Shown here piece after piece: positions 35,251 to 47,542 of a stretch of 64,000 nt of DNA. Every line of letters starts with the position of its first letter. Position 1 is the stretch's first letter. A model generated the notes under the pieces. That model was not told the DNA's origin and made no database searches. It worked only from the letters and a program-made list of their open reading frames with translations. The position numbers were made by a program, and so were the translations under genes. This DNA is from Lama guanicoe (lineage: Eukaryota): positions 310,001 through 374,000 of the forward strand of contig MU056756.1 of the NCBI GenBank assembly GCA_013239625.1, written 5' to 3'.

Positions 35251-38200
35251 GCGATTTTGTTGAACGGCATAAATACGGTGGAATTCTCAGGGGTCCTTCT
35301 ACTCTATAGCGAAGTCCAAATAACCCAGAAAATAAAGTTATAGCTATGAAACGCAGGTGCTGCCAAGCATCCCCTGGCAGGGGGACCATTGTCTCCCATA
35401 AAACGGGCCGGTGCTCTGGGCACAGGAGTTCAAATCAGTGGTCAGCCTCAGTCATCCTGAGGTGTAAGAATGACAAGTGATAACGTCCACCTTGGTGGTT
35501 TGTTTGCAGGGATCTGAGCTCTGCTCCTCCCCCGGTCCGTGTTCAGCCCCTGTCACCTTGCAGGGATGGCACAGGTGTGCTGGATGTGTCCGGGTGCTCA
35601 GTGACAGGAAGTGACGGGTCCCGATCCCCAGAAGACACGGGAGCGTCCCGCCTGGGCACCGGTGACCAGGGAGCCGTCACTGTGGGTGTCATGAGGGGCT
35701 GTTCCGCCTGACGAGAGATGCGTCCGCCAGCAAGCACGTGGGGGTTTCACAGAGGTTCTTGGAAGCGCTGGGGGGTGGGTCTTGGGGGGCTCCGTGGATT
35801 CCGAGAGCACGGCCTCCAGCGGGTGCCTGTTACTTACCTGGCGTGACCGACATCAGCAGGTGGACCCCCGCCTAGGCCTGAACGCGGCTCAGAGGAGCGA
35901 CCCCTTCCACCCTGAGTCCAGTCGGTGCTGCACGTCGGGTTTAGGGGGTTGTTGAGTGACTAAGTGATGGGCGGCTTTTCTGTGCCTTCCTCCCTCTTCT
36001 CACTGTGGCCTCATAGCCAGTGGAGGGGGGGCACGAAAGGGGACCTTGCTTCCCGAGGTCCAGGCAGAGGGCCAGGCTCGCAGGGGACGAGTGTGGCGGG
36101 TGCACGGCCCGGATGCCCGTGGGGCCGCCGGCCGTTGTGGGCTGACCTGCTCCTCGGGGAGCCCCGGTTGCACCGTGCTCTGCCTGCTGTGGCACCTACG
36201 ACGGCGTCCTCGTTGGCTTCACTGGCAGTCTGGGGTGAGGAGGAAGTGGAGTCAGGAAACCTGGGTGTGGGTTTCAAGTCTGCGAAGCAGGGGCCGTGCA
36301 GTGTATGGAAGGCGCGGGCGTTCACCTGCCCCTTCAGCCTCCAGGCCTGGAAGACCCCTCACAGCAAGAACGCGGCAGACAGTGTTTGAAAACACCCAGT
36401 ACAGTGTGCGGGACGCGGCAGGGTCGGAGCGCAAACTAGCCGGGTTTGAATCTGAGCATGGTTGGTGGGAAGACACAAACCAAAGCAAAAACTCACCGAC
36501 GGCCAGCAACTTAGGCCGAAGACGCAGACGGGAAGTCTCGGGTCTCTTTTGGCAAAAGGAGGCTGAAAGATCGCCGTGCTGCTCAGCCTGCGGCTAAACC
36601 CACAGCTTCTCTGCAGAGTCTGAAGGTTCTGGGGTTAAACCCCTCGCAGCCATCTCAGCTCCTGGACACCTGCCACAGAGAAGGGGCTGGAAAACCCAGC
36701 TGCGTCTCTCTGACCTGCCCTCGGGGAGCAGGCCTGTGGGTGCGGCCTGGATGGTGGCAGAATGGGGCTGCGTGGGGCTCCCAGTTTTGAGGCCCCGGAC
36801 GCTCTCTTGAGCAGGGATGTGCACATATCCTGCCTTGGGAGGCACCACTGCTGGGCTACGCCCTCCCCTGTGTCAAGGGAGTGAAGCCAGAGGCTGGGAG
36901 CAGGTAATAAATTACGGAGCATCACGCGTGGGGTCCCAGGAGAAGAGGAGCTGGCGCGTAGCTGGAGAAACGGGTGGCTTAGGAGTCGGGGAGGCGTCTG
37001 GGAGGCGCAGGTCCTCTGGATGGAGGCGAGTGAGGTGCGCTTGAGCCCAGATGTCCTGGGGACCCCGCCCTGGGGGCTCCGGCGTGGGGGCGGGGCGCTA
37101 AGGAGGGCAGAGGAGGCCCGTGTCCGTCCTGCGGGTCGGCAGGTGCACCTCCCCCTTACCCGCTGCCGGGGCTTGTAGCCTCCCCAGTGGGTAGCGTCTG
37201 TTCATGGATTTTCAATTACTTTTCCAGAAAGCAGACATAAGTATCAATAATGCAAATGCGAAGAAACACTCCAAAGTAAAGAAGAGAGAGTGGGTGCCCT
37301 TTTCCAGCTGGAGTAGACCCAGTGAAGTTATAACGTGGATCCCCCGGTCACGGTGGATTTTGAAGAGTTTTATGGGCTGCTTTGGTCCTCGGTGGTCTTG
37401 ACCTGAGCGCTGGGTCCCTTGAAGCGTTAGGGTTCAGGTGACCGAGGGGCCGGGTCGGGAGCTGGGCCTCCGCTCAGAAGGGTGTTGTGCCTTCTTCTAA
37501 AATGCATTTGGGACACGTGCAGTATGTGATGGCATGGATTCTGAAGAAGCGTGTCCTTGAGCCTGAGGGCGGCGAGCAGCAGAAACTGTCACTCCGCGGG
37601 GCCCAGGGAGGGTCTCCGCCCAGGGGTGAGGACTGGATCGGGGGGCAGCGACTTCCAGGAGCTGTGTCCACGTCACCCCCCCCACCAGCTCACACGCTCC
37701 CTCGGCTGCCAAAGAGGCCTCATTCACCTCAGGGCGAGCTCTGCCTGGATCCATGGCTCCTTCGTGACCCAGCAGCAGGGTCAGGAAGCAACGCTGAGTG
37801 GGGCAGAGGGGGCACGAGGGGAGGCACCCGGACTCTGGGAGGTCCGGCCTAGAGCCCGGAGACAGACTCTTCCTGGGGAGGGTCTGCACACGTCCCCAGG
37901 CGCCCTGCCCTGGGGAGTGGGGCTGGCAGGCCGTCCACTGGACTCCGAGTGCTGGACGTGCCCACGCCGCCTGGAGCCCTTCCCCCGACAGCGTCTGCCG
38001 GGCACCTGATTGTCTCTAGAAGGATGTGCATTCTTTCCCTTCATTTTGAGAAAAATGTTACATTTGTGTTTAATTATATAAGAAATATAAAATGTGTTCA
38101 TGTTGTTTAAAAGGCAGTGATCCAGCCTTCGAGGGGAAAACTAGAATCTCACGTGCTTGCCCCGGCTCTCAGAGGCTGCACCTGCAGCCACTGTGCTGAG

Positions 38201-38269
38201 CCAGGAGCAGCGCGTGCCTGTGTGTGTCTGTGTGTGTCTCTGCATGTGTGTGAGTCTAGGAAAGTGAGT

Positions 38270-38590
38270 GCTTCATGTTGAATATAACGCTTGCCGTGAG
38301 GGTCTGATACCCTTACGTTAGAGACATTCCTTTCGATTTCTAGTTTGTGAAGAGTTTTTACCTAGAATGTGTTTTGGATGTTTTGCTGCTTGGGAGACAT
38401 GTATCATGTGAATTGTGTTTTTCCCCTTGATTTATCAATCACGCTGTTACGTTTTGTGATTCCAAGGCCTTTGTCTGCTTCCAGGATAGACGCGGTTTGG
38501 TTACGATGCTCTTTTAAGGCCCTGCTGGATTTGGTGGGTGAATGTCTCACTTAGAATTCGTGCGTATTTGCTCAGAAGCCAGATTGTCAT
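38270..38590 (-). mobile_element. old L1 ORF2 fragment
   Basis: ACATTCCTTTCGATTTCTAGTTTG...TTTGGTTACGATG...CTGCTGGATTTGGT resembles the antisense L1 RT region. Confidence 0.55.
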
Positions 38591-39881
38591 GAATCTGAGA
38601 ATATCACTTGTGTCTTAAACTTGGCCAACTATTAGAGTGTCGGCTGTATTTAACTGTCAACATAGACAGAAGCGAGAACAGTGAAGCGAGAACGCCGGGA
38701 GGGCGGCGCGGTGATCTTTTGAAATGGAGGACCACTTTTCATTACGTGTGTTTACTGCAGGATCCACAAGGAAACACTGCGCCTCAGTGTCGAAAGCTGC
38801 TGTGGTATCTGAAAGAGGCTACTTGTGGGCCCACAGAGCGATGCTTTTGACGACTGACTTTTAAATCCCATGGAGTCTTTACTTTCTGTTGGTGGTTTTT
38901 AATTGCACCGCCTCTTACATAACCAGCTGGCTTGTAGCCCCTGCCAAGACGTAGACCTCACAGACCAGCGCGTGGAGCCCTGGTGGCTGAACAGGGTCCC
39001 CGGAACACCCATCCTGCCATGCCGTCCCAGCTTCCGTGCCTGTCCCCAGGATTAACAGAGGAGCACAGGGCTCATGACCAGCCAGTTAAGCCACTCTGGG
39101 CTTCAGCAATCAGTGCCGCCCGGGTGGGCGTTCTTGGCAACACGTTCGTTTACTGTGACACGTATGTGGGTAGCTCTCCATGGAATGCTGTGCTTAGAAG
39201 ATTATAGAAAGAATTCATCTTTCTGCAAAACTGGGAAGCCAAACTAGGAGACGACGACATTTTGTAACTTATTGGTGGGATAGATCGTCATGAGGCGTGT
39301 GTGGATGTGTAAGCCAAAAAAAATCGTGCGCTTTTTAATTTTAAGAGAGATTTGGGATGACACTTTATATTTATTTTCCAGAAAAAATAAGTCCAACTTT
39401 ATCAAAACAGATTTTGGGGCCTGTGACTGTCTTTCTCAAAGTATAAAGCTGATTTGGAATTAAGAAGGACCTGGACACAATCATTCTGATTACAAATCAT
39501 GTGGTTTGCATGTAATTGGCATATTATTCAGGTTTTATTCTAGCATCAAACTCCAGTTCAGCTGGCATCACAAATTTATATTAATATTAACCACATTAAA
39601 GTGAGCAAGGTAATTTAGAGTAATCTAAAACGGGGCTCTAAGTCAAACGAAAGGAAAGAACTCCCTCTGATTAAACTCTGATTATGAGTTTTAAGACCAA
39701 AGAGCCTTCTGGTAAAGTGATTTATTGATCTTCATTTTAATTTGATGGACGCATGCATTTCCTCCAGTCTGGTTATTGAAAAACATCCTCCCCCATGTCT
39801 TTAGCACCTTCACACGTGTGTCGTCCTTGGATCTTTCACAGCTTCGTCCTGGTATTAGTCACATAAAAGCAAAAGCGTAGG

Positions 39882-40353
39882 CATGTGGAGCAGACACACA
39901 GTGAAATATTACTCAGCCGTAATCAGGGAGGGAGCTCCAACCTTTGTGAAACAGGGATGGCCCTTGTGGGCGTTATGCTCTGTGAAATACGTCAGGCGGA
40001 GAAAGACACACACTGTATGGGCTCACTTACGTGTGGCGTCCAGAGAAACTGAGCTCTGAAGCAGGGAGCAGAACGGTGATTGTTGGGGGCTGGGCTTGAG
40101 AGGTGCTGGTCGAAGGGGATGGTCTCCCTGATAGAAGACGACTGAGTTCCCGGGGTCAGGTGCCTAGTGCGACCAGTTAGTGACGCTGTGCAGCGTGCCT
40201 GAGAGCCGCTCCGCATAGCTCTTGTGCATAAGCACCACATCGAGCAAGAAAGAAAGCAGCTCTGTGCGGTGAGCCTTTCACGGTGTGGATGTGAGTGACA
40301 CCGTCACATTCGCTTTAATACGTACAGTTTTATTTGTCAGCAAAGCTGGAGAA
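39882..40353 (+). mobile_element. L1MA9/10-like LINE-1 3' end
   Basis: GAAATATTACTCAGCCGTAA...GCGTTATGCTCTGTGAAATACGTCAGGCGGAGAAAGACACACACTGTATGG...TTTTATTTGTCAGCAAAGCTGG. Confidence 0.85.
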
Positions 40354-41379
40354 TTCAGAGCGTGGGCACTTCTCCTCGGTAAAGGAGCTGGCTTTTTGTT
40401 TGGGTTTGGGTTTGGAGTGAACAGATGTAAGTGTCTGAGTAAAACCTTCAGCCCCCAAACCAACTGCAGGACTCAGAAAGCAGCTGCGGGGCGCGGAGGA
40501 CAGCGAGCCTTGAATAACCTGAACAGCTGTCAGCGTGGACAGAGGAAGGTTTTGAAGTGTTTCTGTGAGTCACGCGGAGGTGGCTCCTTGCAAATTCCTC
40601 ACCTTGGATTATGGAAGGGACTTTTTTGGCCCACTTGTTGAGAAGTGTGAGACTCCAAAAAAGAGCACGTGGCTGCTTTGAAACGCGAACCCCCCAGCGT
40701 CCCCGAGGTGTCCTGTGGCTGCGGTTTGCTCCTGCGCTGGGACGTGGCCGGCAGCCCGGAAACGCTCTGGCGCGTCATTCCCATGAGGCGCCTGTGAGAT
40801 CGTGACCGTCGGTTAAAAAGCCAAACCTCAGGGTGAGAGCGTTCGTCCAGACGCGGGCGATGAAAGCCGCGTGGGCAAGTGGGAGCAGGTGAAGCCGGGA
40901 CCCGGGCCAACGCCAGAGTTGTGCGGATCGGGGGGGGGGGTCCTTTCGTCCTAAAGGGCCATTCCTGAGAGCTGCCAAGTGGGAAGAGGGCTGTTTTCCT
41001 GTTTGCCTGCTGCCACCGGCACGTCGGGGGGTGACCGTCCAAGAGTCAAACCGTGTTGAGGTCGAAAGACTCAGCCTTTCTCGGCTCAAAGCCACCATTC
41101 CCCAGCTTGCTAACAAAGACGCCCTGCTGTATCTGAGGGCCTCTTCTGGGAGTGCGGTGGCTTGTCTGTGCGCAGTGGGTCCCACCCTCTGAAGCCCCCT
41201 GGGTCCTGCCGCCCTCGGACCCGGCCCTGGGCTTCTGCAGGGCTGGCCTCAGTGTCTGGCCTCCCTCCGCCTGGTTGTCACACCTCGAGCTCTTAAACAC
41301 CCCACTGCGTTCAGCTATGAGAGGAGAGGCTGAAGTCGCGTCTGTGACTCGCCATTCGGGCAGGGGCTTGGTGGGGGGC

Positions 41380-41610
41380 TGCACCCCGACCTCACCGGGC
41401 ACGGCGGTCCCTGCAGGGTCCTCCCTGCACCTCCCTGTGTCTGTCTGTCTGTCTCCTTATTAGAGCAACAGTCCCATCTGACGAGGTCCCGCCCTGAGAC
41501 TCCATTTAACCTCCCCCCTGACAAAGACCCCGTCTCCAGACACAGTCACACTGAGGGGTAGGGCTTCAGCACACGGATCGGGGTGGGGGGGCACATTTCA
41601 GTCCATATCA
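41380..41610 (-). mobile_element. MLT1B-like LTR fragment
   Basis: CATTTAACCT...AAAGACCCCGTCTCCAGACACAGTCACACTGAGGGGTAGGGCTTCAGCAC...CACATTTCAGTCCATATCA. Confidence 0.75.
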
Positions 41611-43809
41611 GCAGTGCTCGCCCCACTGTGTGAACTGCCCCAACGAAAGGGTTTTCCATAGAAAACAATGTTGTGTTTAGGGTGAAATTTATGACCTGGC
41701 CCCGCGAGGACCTCACTTCATTACGTCAGCGCAGTCCCGTTGACTTTGGGACGACACCTTCCAATCTCAGATGTCACGAATTCCACACGAGGGTTCACAG
41801 AAGTGGGTTTGAGATGAGATCTGAGGTGTGTGATTTCCGTGGCCTCTCCAGACTTGGCTGATGGTTACCTCTGGAAAGCGTAGCTCCGGGTAGACTTTCT
41901 CAGGGTTTCTGGGTGCCCCTCAGAGGGTTTTGCAGACGTGGTAGGAGCCTGAGTGACATCTGGGGGTCTGCCCCGAGTTCCACAGGTTGCATTGACCCAG
42001 ATGGGAGCTGGGAGCCTGCAGGTCCCTTCCTGGCTGGAGGACGGATCTCCTGGGGAAGGCTGACGTGGGGATGGACCCCCGCTTGATGCTGGGGCTTGTC
42101 CCACGCAGCCCCGAGCCCCTGGCCCCTGTGCAGGAGGAGCGGGTGGGTGGAGCGGCAGCCTGCCAGGAAGGAAGAGTGTCTGCATCTGCGGCGGCCGCCC
42201 TGCGAGCAGCCTTTGGGGACAGTTGGGGCTGGGACGTGTCCCCCACCGCTCAGGGGCTGATTTCTTTAGAATTTATAAAGAAAGCTACATGGACACGTGA
42301 ATCAGAGCTCAGAGGTTCAAAGCGTGCCGGTATTAGACAAAGAAGAGAAAGTCAATACGAGTGATCGGTGGCGGGGTCAGAGGGGGCCGCTGTCACATGA
42401 TTAATGGGAATCCAGTTAGCTCTAACCTTTGTGAGAGACAGTGGCAATTCTAGAGTATTCTTCTGTGGATACAATCAAAGACATGGACGCACGTGTGCAT
42501 ATCAGCAAGGGCTTGGAGAGGACCTTAACATTCTAAAATAGAGGAGTGACAAAGTGGGTCGTGTTCTGGCCTGGTAACTGAGATCATATTTTTGAATAAT
42601 ATTTAATAACAGTAAAGTGCTTATGACACCAAAATAACTAAAAATATACGTGCTTCAAGGCTGACTATAAACAACAATACCAAAGGCTGATACTTGTGCT
42701 CGGATTTTGTATCTTTTTTTGTTTCTTTATTCTTTAAAAATTGCTCCCCAGATTTTCCGAAATGAATTCATATTCAGTTTATGATCAGTAAGCAGCTTAT
42801 AAAATGTTTATGGAGAAGAATTTATGAACAATTAGCTTACTTTCATTTATTTAAAAAACGATTTGAAAAAATCTCTCTCAGAGTGTTTGCTGTGTCCCGG
42901 GAGACGTGGGAGCCTTCACTGTCTGCCGGCGTGCACGCTGCGCCTGCGGTGACGTCACAAACTAGACGTCAGGCCTCCGCAGGAGCGCTCTCCGAGGACC
43001 TGGAGCACCGCCTCTGCCTGCTGCGTTCACGGAGCCGAGCCCTTAGAAGCGCTGGGGCTCGCTCTAGGGGTTTTGCGATGTGGGTGGTTGGGCAATGAAA
43101 CTGAGAATTACAAGGTGGCTCGCCAGGAGGTTGGAAGGTGGTCCAAAGTCCCCTTTCTTTTCTGGAGGAAAGAAGGGCAGTAAGTAGGCCAGGGGCTCTG
43201 AGCCGTAGGTGTCTCATGATTTAAAATCCGGTAGAAAATGAGTCCGTGTGTCTGCTCAGCGACCCCCCGGCCTGGGGGCTGAGCAGGAGGCAGCAGTTCG
43301 AGGGTCCGAACGTGAAGAGGGACTGGGAGGAAGGCTGTGTCTCTTAGGACTGTGCTGCGTGGTGTTTATGGACTGTTCGGGGTGGTGTAGGGGAACATCT
43401 TCTGTGAAAGTTCCAAAGGGGGTGAAGCTTGCACTTCTGCCTCTAGGAGCCGAAAGGGGCCAACACTGTAGAAGCTTTTCTTTCTGTAGAGCCCTGGTGT
43501 AAGGGGCTTCGGGGTGAAAGGCAGCCATTTCCGTGGAAAGTGCGCAGCGGCTACTCCGCCGGCCTGGGCCCTGCTTTCCTGCAGCAGGAGGGTCTGGAAC
43601 TTCCGTCCCGGACAGTCAGCCCGGGAGACGTCGAGGCTGAGGAGAACGTGTGTGGGGAGACAGGGAGGCGGAGCGGGGCAAAGTGTGAGCCCAGACCTGT
43701 CCTCAGGCCCAAAGTATTTCATTAAACGTGTTACACATGACAGATGAGTGTCACAGTGAAAGATGCGTTAAGAGCACGTGGATGGCCGTAGCTTCTGATT
43801 TCTCTGCAC

Positions 43810-43924
43810 CCTTAACCCTAACCCTCACGACCTCATCGCCCCCGAGCCCCCCACCCAACACCATGCTCTGGGGTTAGGATTCTGCCACTGAATTTGATGG
43901 GACACAAACATTAAGCCTGCAGCA
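43810..43924 (-). mobile_element. MLT1A LTR 5' fragment
   Basis: CCCTCACGACCTCATC...AACACCATGCTCTGGGGTTAGGATT...GGGACACAAACATTAAGCCTGCAGCA. Confidence 0.7.
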
Positions 43925-44259
43925 ACCGTGATTGGGAAATCGGAAAAAGATCCTAACTGTGCAGTTGATTTCAGCAAAACCCCCAAATTAAATGTCATTA
44001 ATATTCTGAGTCCTGGGTTCTCCGTTCTGCCTGAGGACGTAGTCTTTCCTTGGCGTGGCATCTGGAGCACTCCAGAATGTGGCCCCCGTTTGGCTGCGTG
44101 CCTGCTGTATGCCAGTCCTACGGAGCCAGTCCTTCTCTTGTGCCTTCCTGCCAGCCCTCCATGCTCTGCGGTGGCCCGTCCACCCCCTGCTCCACGCCCG
44201 GCCCATCGCTGAGGGCCATTGGCACAGCTTAGGGACGGAGGAACGCGGGACCGGACGGA

Positions 44260-44741
44260 TGTGCGGGAGGAAACTTCTTTTTCCTTGTCCCCTCTGGCGG
44301 GGCCAGCAGATTAGACCAACAACAGACAGACTGATAAGAGAAAAACCACCAGGCGTTTATTAGCACGTGCATCACGCACACACACGGGCGCCCACGGACA
44401 GGAGGAGCTCAGAGGGGAGCTTAGAGCTTGGGCTCGTGAGCATCTGAACAAAGGGCGTGAATTTGTACGAAGTGTCGACACAAAGCAAGAGGACTCTGAG
44501 TCTGTAGGGCGGCAGGTCATGGGAAGGTCCCGCCCGGTTTGTCACAAATGTTCCTGTGCAGCCGTCAGGGGATTACCCTGCGTGCCTCCTGGTGGAGAGG
44601 GCGGGACACCTTTGTACGTCCGTGTCCTCCTTTTAGGCCGACAGGGAGAGGGCAGAGGGCTCCCCTGTGCCTGCTTCTCTCAGCTGCCTTCAGCTCCGCG
44701 GTGGTTTAATACCAAAATGCAATATTATGGTCCCATACACA
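44260..44741 (-). mobile_element. ERV1-class solo LTR, copy A
   Basis: AGACAGACTGATAAGAGAAAAA...TTTATT (AATAAA on the minus strand)...CAGCTGCCTTCAGCTC...ATACCAAAATGC; homologous to 46822-47315. Subfamily not determined. Confidence 0.75.
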
Positions 44742-45283
44742 CGTTGGTTGTATGAATACCTTACCAGCTGAGGACAGGCAAGAGAACCGGGCAGAATCTT
44801 TGAAGACCAGGAGTTAGGACAGCATTCCACTCCAAGCGCTTCTCATGCTGTCAGCACTGTCACCAGGGTTCGTGCTTCTGCCCGGACGTGCAGAATAGGA
44901 GCAATTATACCAAGTAAATTAATGAGGGAAGTCACGGCAGAGTAAAGATGAGGCAAAAAAGAGAAGAGGGGAAGTTATTTCCAGTGGGCACATTTCTGCA
45001 GTCATGTGCTGGAAAGGCGTTTATGAAGATAATGAATATAAACTTACACTCTCCAAAAACAGATAGAAAATGCAGTGGAGCATTGGAGTGGATGATTAAA
45101 GAGAAAAACAAACCTGGAGGTAAAATGACTGCTCACAGGGCCAGGGAGGCTACCTGGAGAGGGTCAGTGGAGCTGTGCTGGGGAGAGGTCCAGGCTGCGA
45201 GGACCAGTGAAGCTGGCGGGAGCCTTCGGGGGCGGCTTCCTCTTGGCCTCTGAGTGGTTCTCCCCCCGTGTCTGTTCCTCTGA

Positions 45284-45307
45284 CTGGATGCTGGATGCTG
45301 GATGCTG
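45284..45307. repeat. (CTGGATG)x3.4
   Basis: Read directly from the sequence. Confidence 0.9.
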
Positions 45308-45858
45308 CCTTTGTATCCACCAAAATAAAGGGTTTTGCCTTATCTGTCTGTCCTCATGGCCACCTTCAGATGTTGCAGAGAATGGAGTCTTTTCCTGCCT
45401 TGTGTCCTCTTTCCTCCACAGCTGCAGGAAAATTAAGTCCAAACAGTTGTAGTTTCCTCTGCGTCTGCTTTTCTCTCCTCCCTGATGTAAGCACAGACAC
45501 CGCCCGGGGGGCTTTTGTTGTCCAGGTGGGACTTGAAGTCCGGCAGTGTCTCTCCTGGGCACCTGGTGCACGAGGGGGGCAGTCCTGGGCAGGTGTCCGC
45601 AGCGTGTTGGGAAAGCACTCACTCTGACAGCCCCCGGGACGTCGGCTTTGAGGAAAAGTGGCTTTTTCAGTGGCAGGTTTCTGTCTGTCTCTAGTCGCAG
45701 TAAACTTCCTAGTGAAACGCACGTGTGGGGGACATGTGCGCCCAGATGAGGACAGGACCCGGGCAGAGCAAGCGCAGCCTCGTCGCCAGCACCCAAGTCG
45801 GGAGCTGGAACATGACCGGCACCCCCCAGGCACTGCCAGGGAGAGCAGGCGCCCTCAG

Positions 45859-45877
45859 CCCCCCCCCCCCCCCCCCC
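45859..45877. repeat. poly(C)19 tract
   Basis: Read directly from the sequence. Confidence 0.9.
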
Positions 45878-46026
45878 AGGGCCCAGGAACCCAGAGCACA
45901 GGCTGGCCCCTCGTGCTCAGCGTGGGTGTGAGCGCTGACTGTGTGCTGGTGTTACGAGGCTTGTGTGCCGTCTTGTGCCGTGTGGCTGCACCGCAGCTCG
46001 CTTGTGCCCCTGACGTCAGGGGGTGC

Positions 46027-46160
46027 TTTCTCTTCTCCACCTCCTCCTCCTCCCCCCTCCTCCTCCTCCCCCTCGTCCTCCCTTCTCGTCCTTCCTCCTC
46101 GTCCTCCCTCCTCCATCCTCCTCCTCCCTCCCCCCTCCTCCTCCCCCCCCTCCTTTTGTT
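46027..46160. repeat. (CCT)n-rich polypyrimidine tract
   Basis: About 130 bp that is almost entirely C/T. Confidence 0.9.
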
Positions 46161-46821
46161 CTGGGTGGAACTCTTACAGATGCACTGCTGGGAACACGTG
46201 CGTAGTTTTGGAGAGTCTGTGGGTCTTTATGCTGTGTGTGTAGGATGCTGGGTCATGGAGCATCTGCATGTACAGATCAAATTCTACTGCCAGACTGTTT
46301 CCAGAGTCACCGAGTCAGTCCACACTCCTGCTACGAGCTCAGTGAGCCCCTGCCCGCACCCTCACCAGCCCCTGGCGATGGGGATCTCTGATAGAAGCCC
46401 CTCTGGACAGCAGGTGACCGATCTCCCTGCGGCTTTGATGTAAGTTTCCCTGACGACCAGCCACATGGAGCTCCTCTTCCCGTTGGGAGTGGCCATCTGG
46501 GGGCCTGTTTTAAGTAGTTCCTGTGCACGTCTTGTGCCCATTTTATACCATGTTGTCTTTTTCTCAGTGTAGTGCAGGTGTGAGACCTTTACAGTACAGG
46601 TTTGGCAAGTATCTCCCCCCACCTGAGGGCTGCCTGTTCATTCTCTTAGTAGCGTCTTTGGCGGCCAGAGTGTCTGTGATGTGGCTCAGTCATTCAGTGT
46701 TGCCTTCAGAGCTAGAACTTGTGTTGTCTCCCAGAACCGTTACTGTTTAACTTTACACTTGGATCCATAATACACCTGAAACACTCTGTGTGTGTCCCGA
46801 GTGCAGACGCAGCTGACCCAC

Positions 46822-47315
46822 GTAGGGGAGGAAGAACAGTCCATCTTAGGTTCTCCAGCTGGGGCCCTGCAGGATGAAAATTAGACTGACAGCAGACAGA
46901 TTGACCAGAGAAAAACCACCAAGCATTTATTAGCACGTGCATCGCGCACAGACACGGGCGCCCACGGATAGGAAGAGCTCAGAGGGGAGCTTAGAGCTAG
47001 GGCTCGTGAGCATCTGAACAAAGGGTGTGAATTTGTACGAAGTGTCGACACAAAGCAAGAGGACTCTGAGTCTGTAGGGCGGCCGTTGTGGGAAGGTCCT
47101 GCCGGTGTGTCACCAGGATTCCTGTGCAGCCATCAGGGGATTACCCTGCGTGCTTCCTGGTGGAGGGGAAGGGGCACCTCTGTGCGTCCGTGTCCTGTTG
47201 TTAGGCCGGGGAGAGGGCAGAGGGCTCCCCTGTGCCTGCTTCTCTCAGCTGCCTCCAGCTCTGTGTGGGCTGCTGCTGAGGGCTTGTCTGGGGAGGGGTG
47301 CTCTGCTGGCCCCAC
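46822..47315 (-). mobile_element. ERV1-class solo LTR, copy B, inserted in the ancient L1
   Basis: 46911-47083 aligns ungapped to 44341-44513 with 8 mismatches in 173 bp; L1 sequence lies on both sides. Confidence 0.8.
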
Positions 47316-47542
47316 TCCGCAGCGCCTGTTGGAAGGGCAGCGCTGCCGGGCTCTGCGCTGTGGCCGTCGCTGTGGTCCGGGAGCCATGCACATGACTATA
47401 AGAGGGCTCTCTTCAGCCCTCTGCTGAGGGCTTGTCTGGGGAGGGGTGCTCTGCTGGCCCCACTCCGCAGCGCCTGTTGGAAGGGCAGCGCTGCCGGGCT
47501 CTGCGCTGTGGCCGTCGCTGTGGTCCGGGAGCCATGCACATG
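47273..47542. repeat. exact 122-bp direct duplication with 26-bp spacer
   Basis: 47273-47394 is identical to 47421-47542; spacer ACTATAAGAGGGCTCTCTTCAGCCCT. Confidence 0.95.

Noticed and set aside
35831-35842. TACTTACCTGGC: U1 snRNA 5' end, or a perfect minus-strand donor (similar site at 4103-4111)
   Set aside because: U1 similarity stops after 12 nt. A given 9-mer is expected about once by chance in this window, and no convincing acceptor or ORF accompanies it.
43812-43825. Interstitial telomeric repeat (TAACCC)2
   Set aside because: Only two units, at the edge of an MLT1A fragment.
44260-47315. Intact provirus bounded by two LTRs
   Set aside because: Interior has no recognisable PBS, gag, pol or env, and contains an older L1 that continues past the second LTR.
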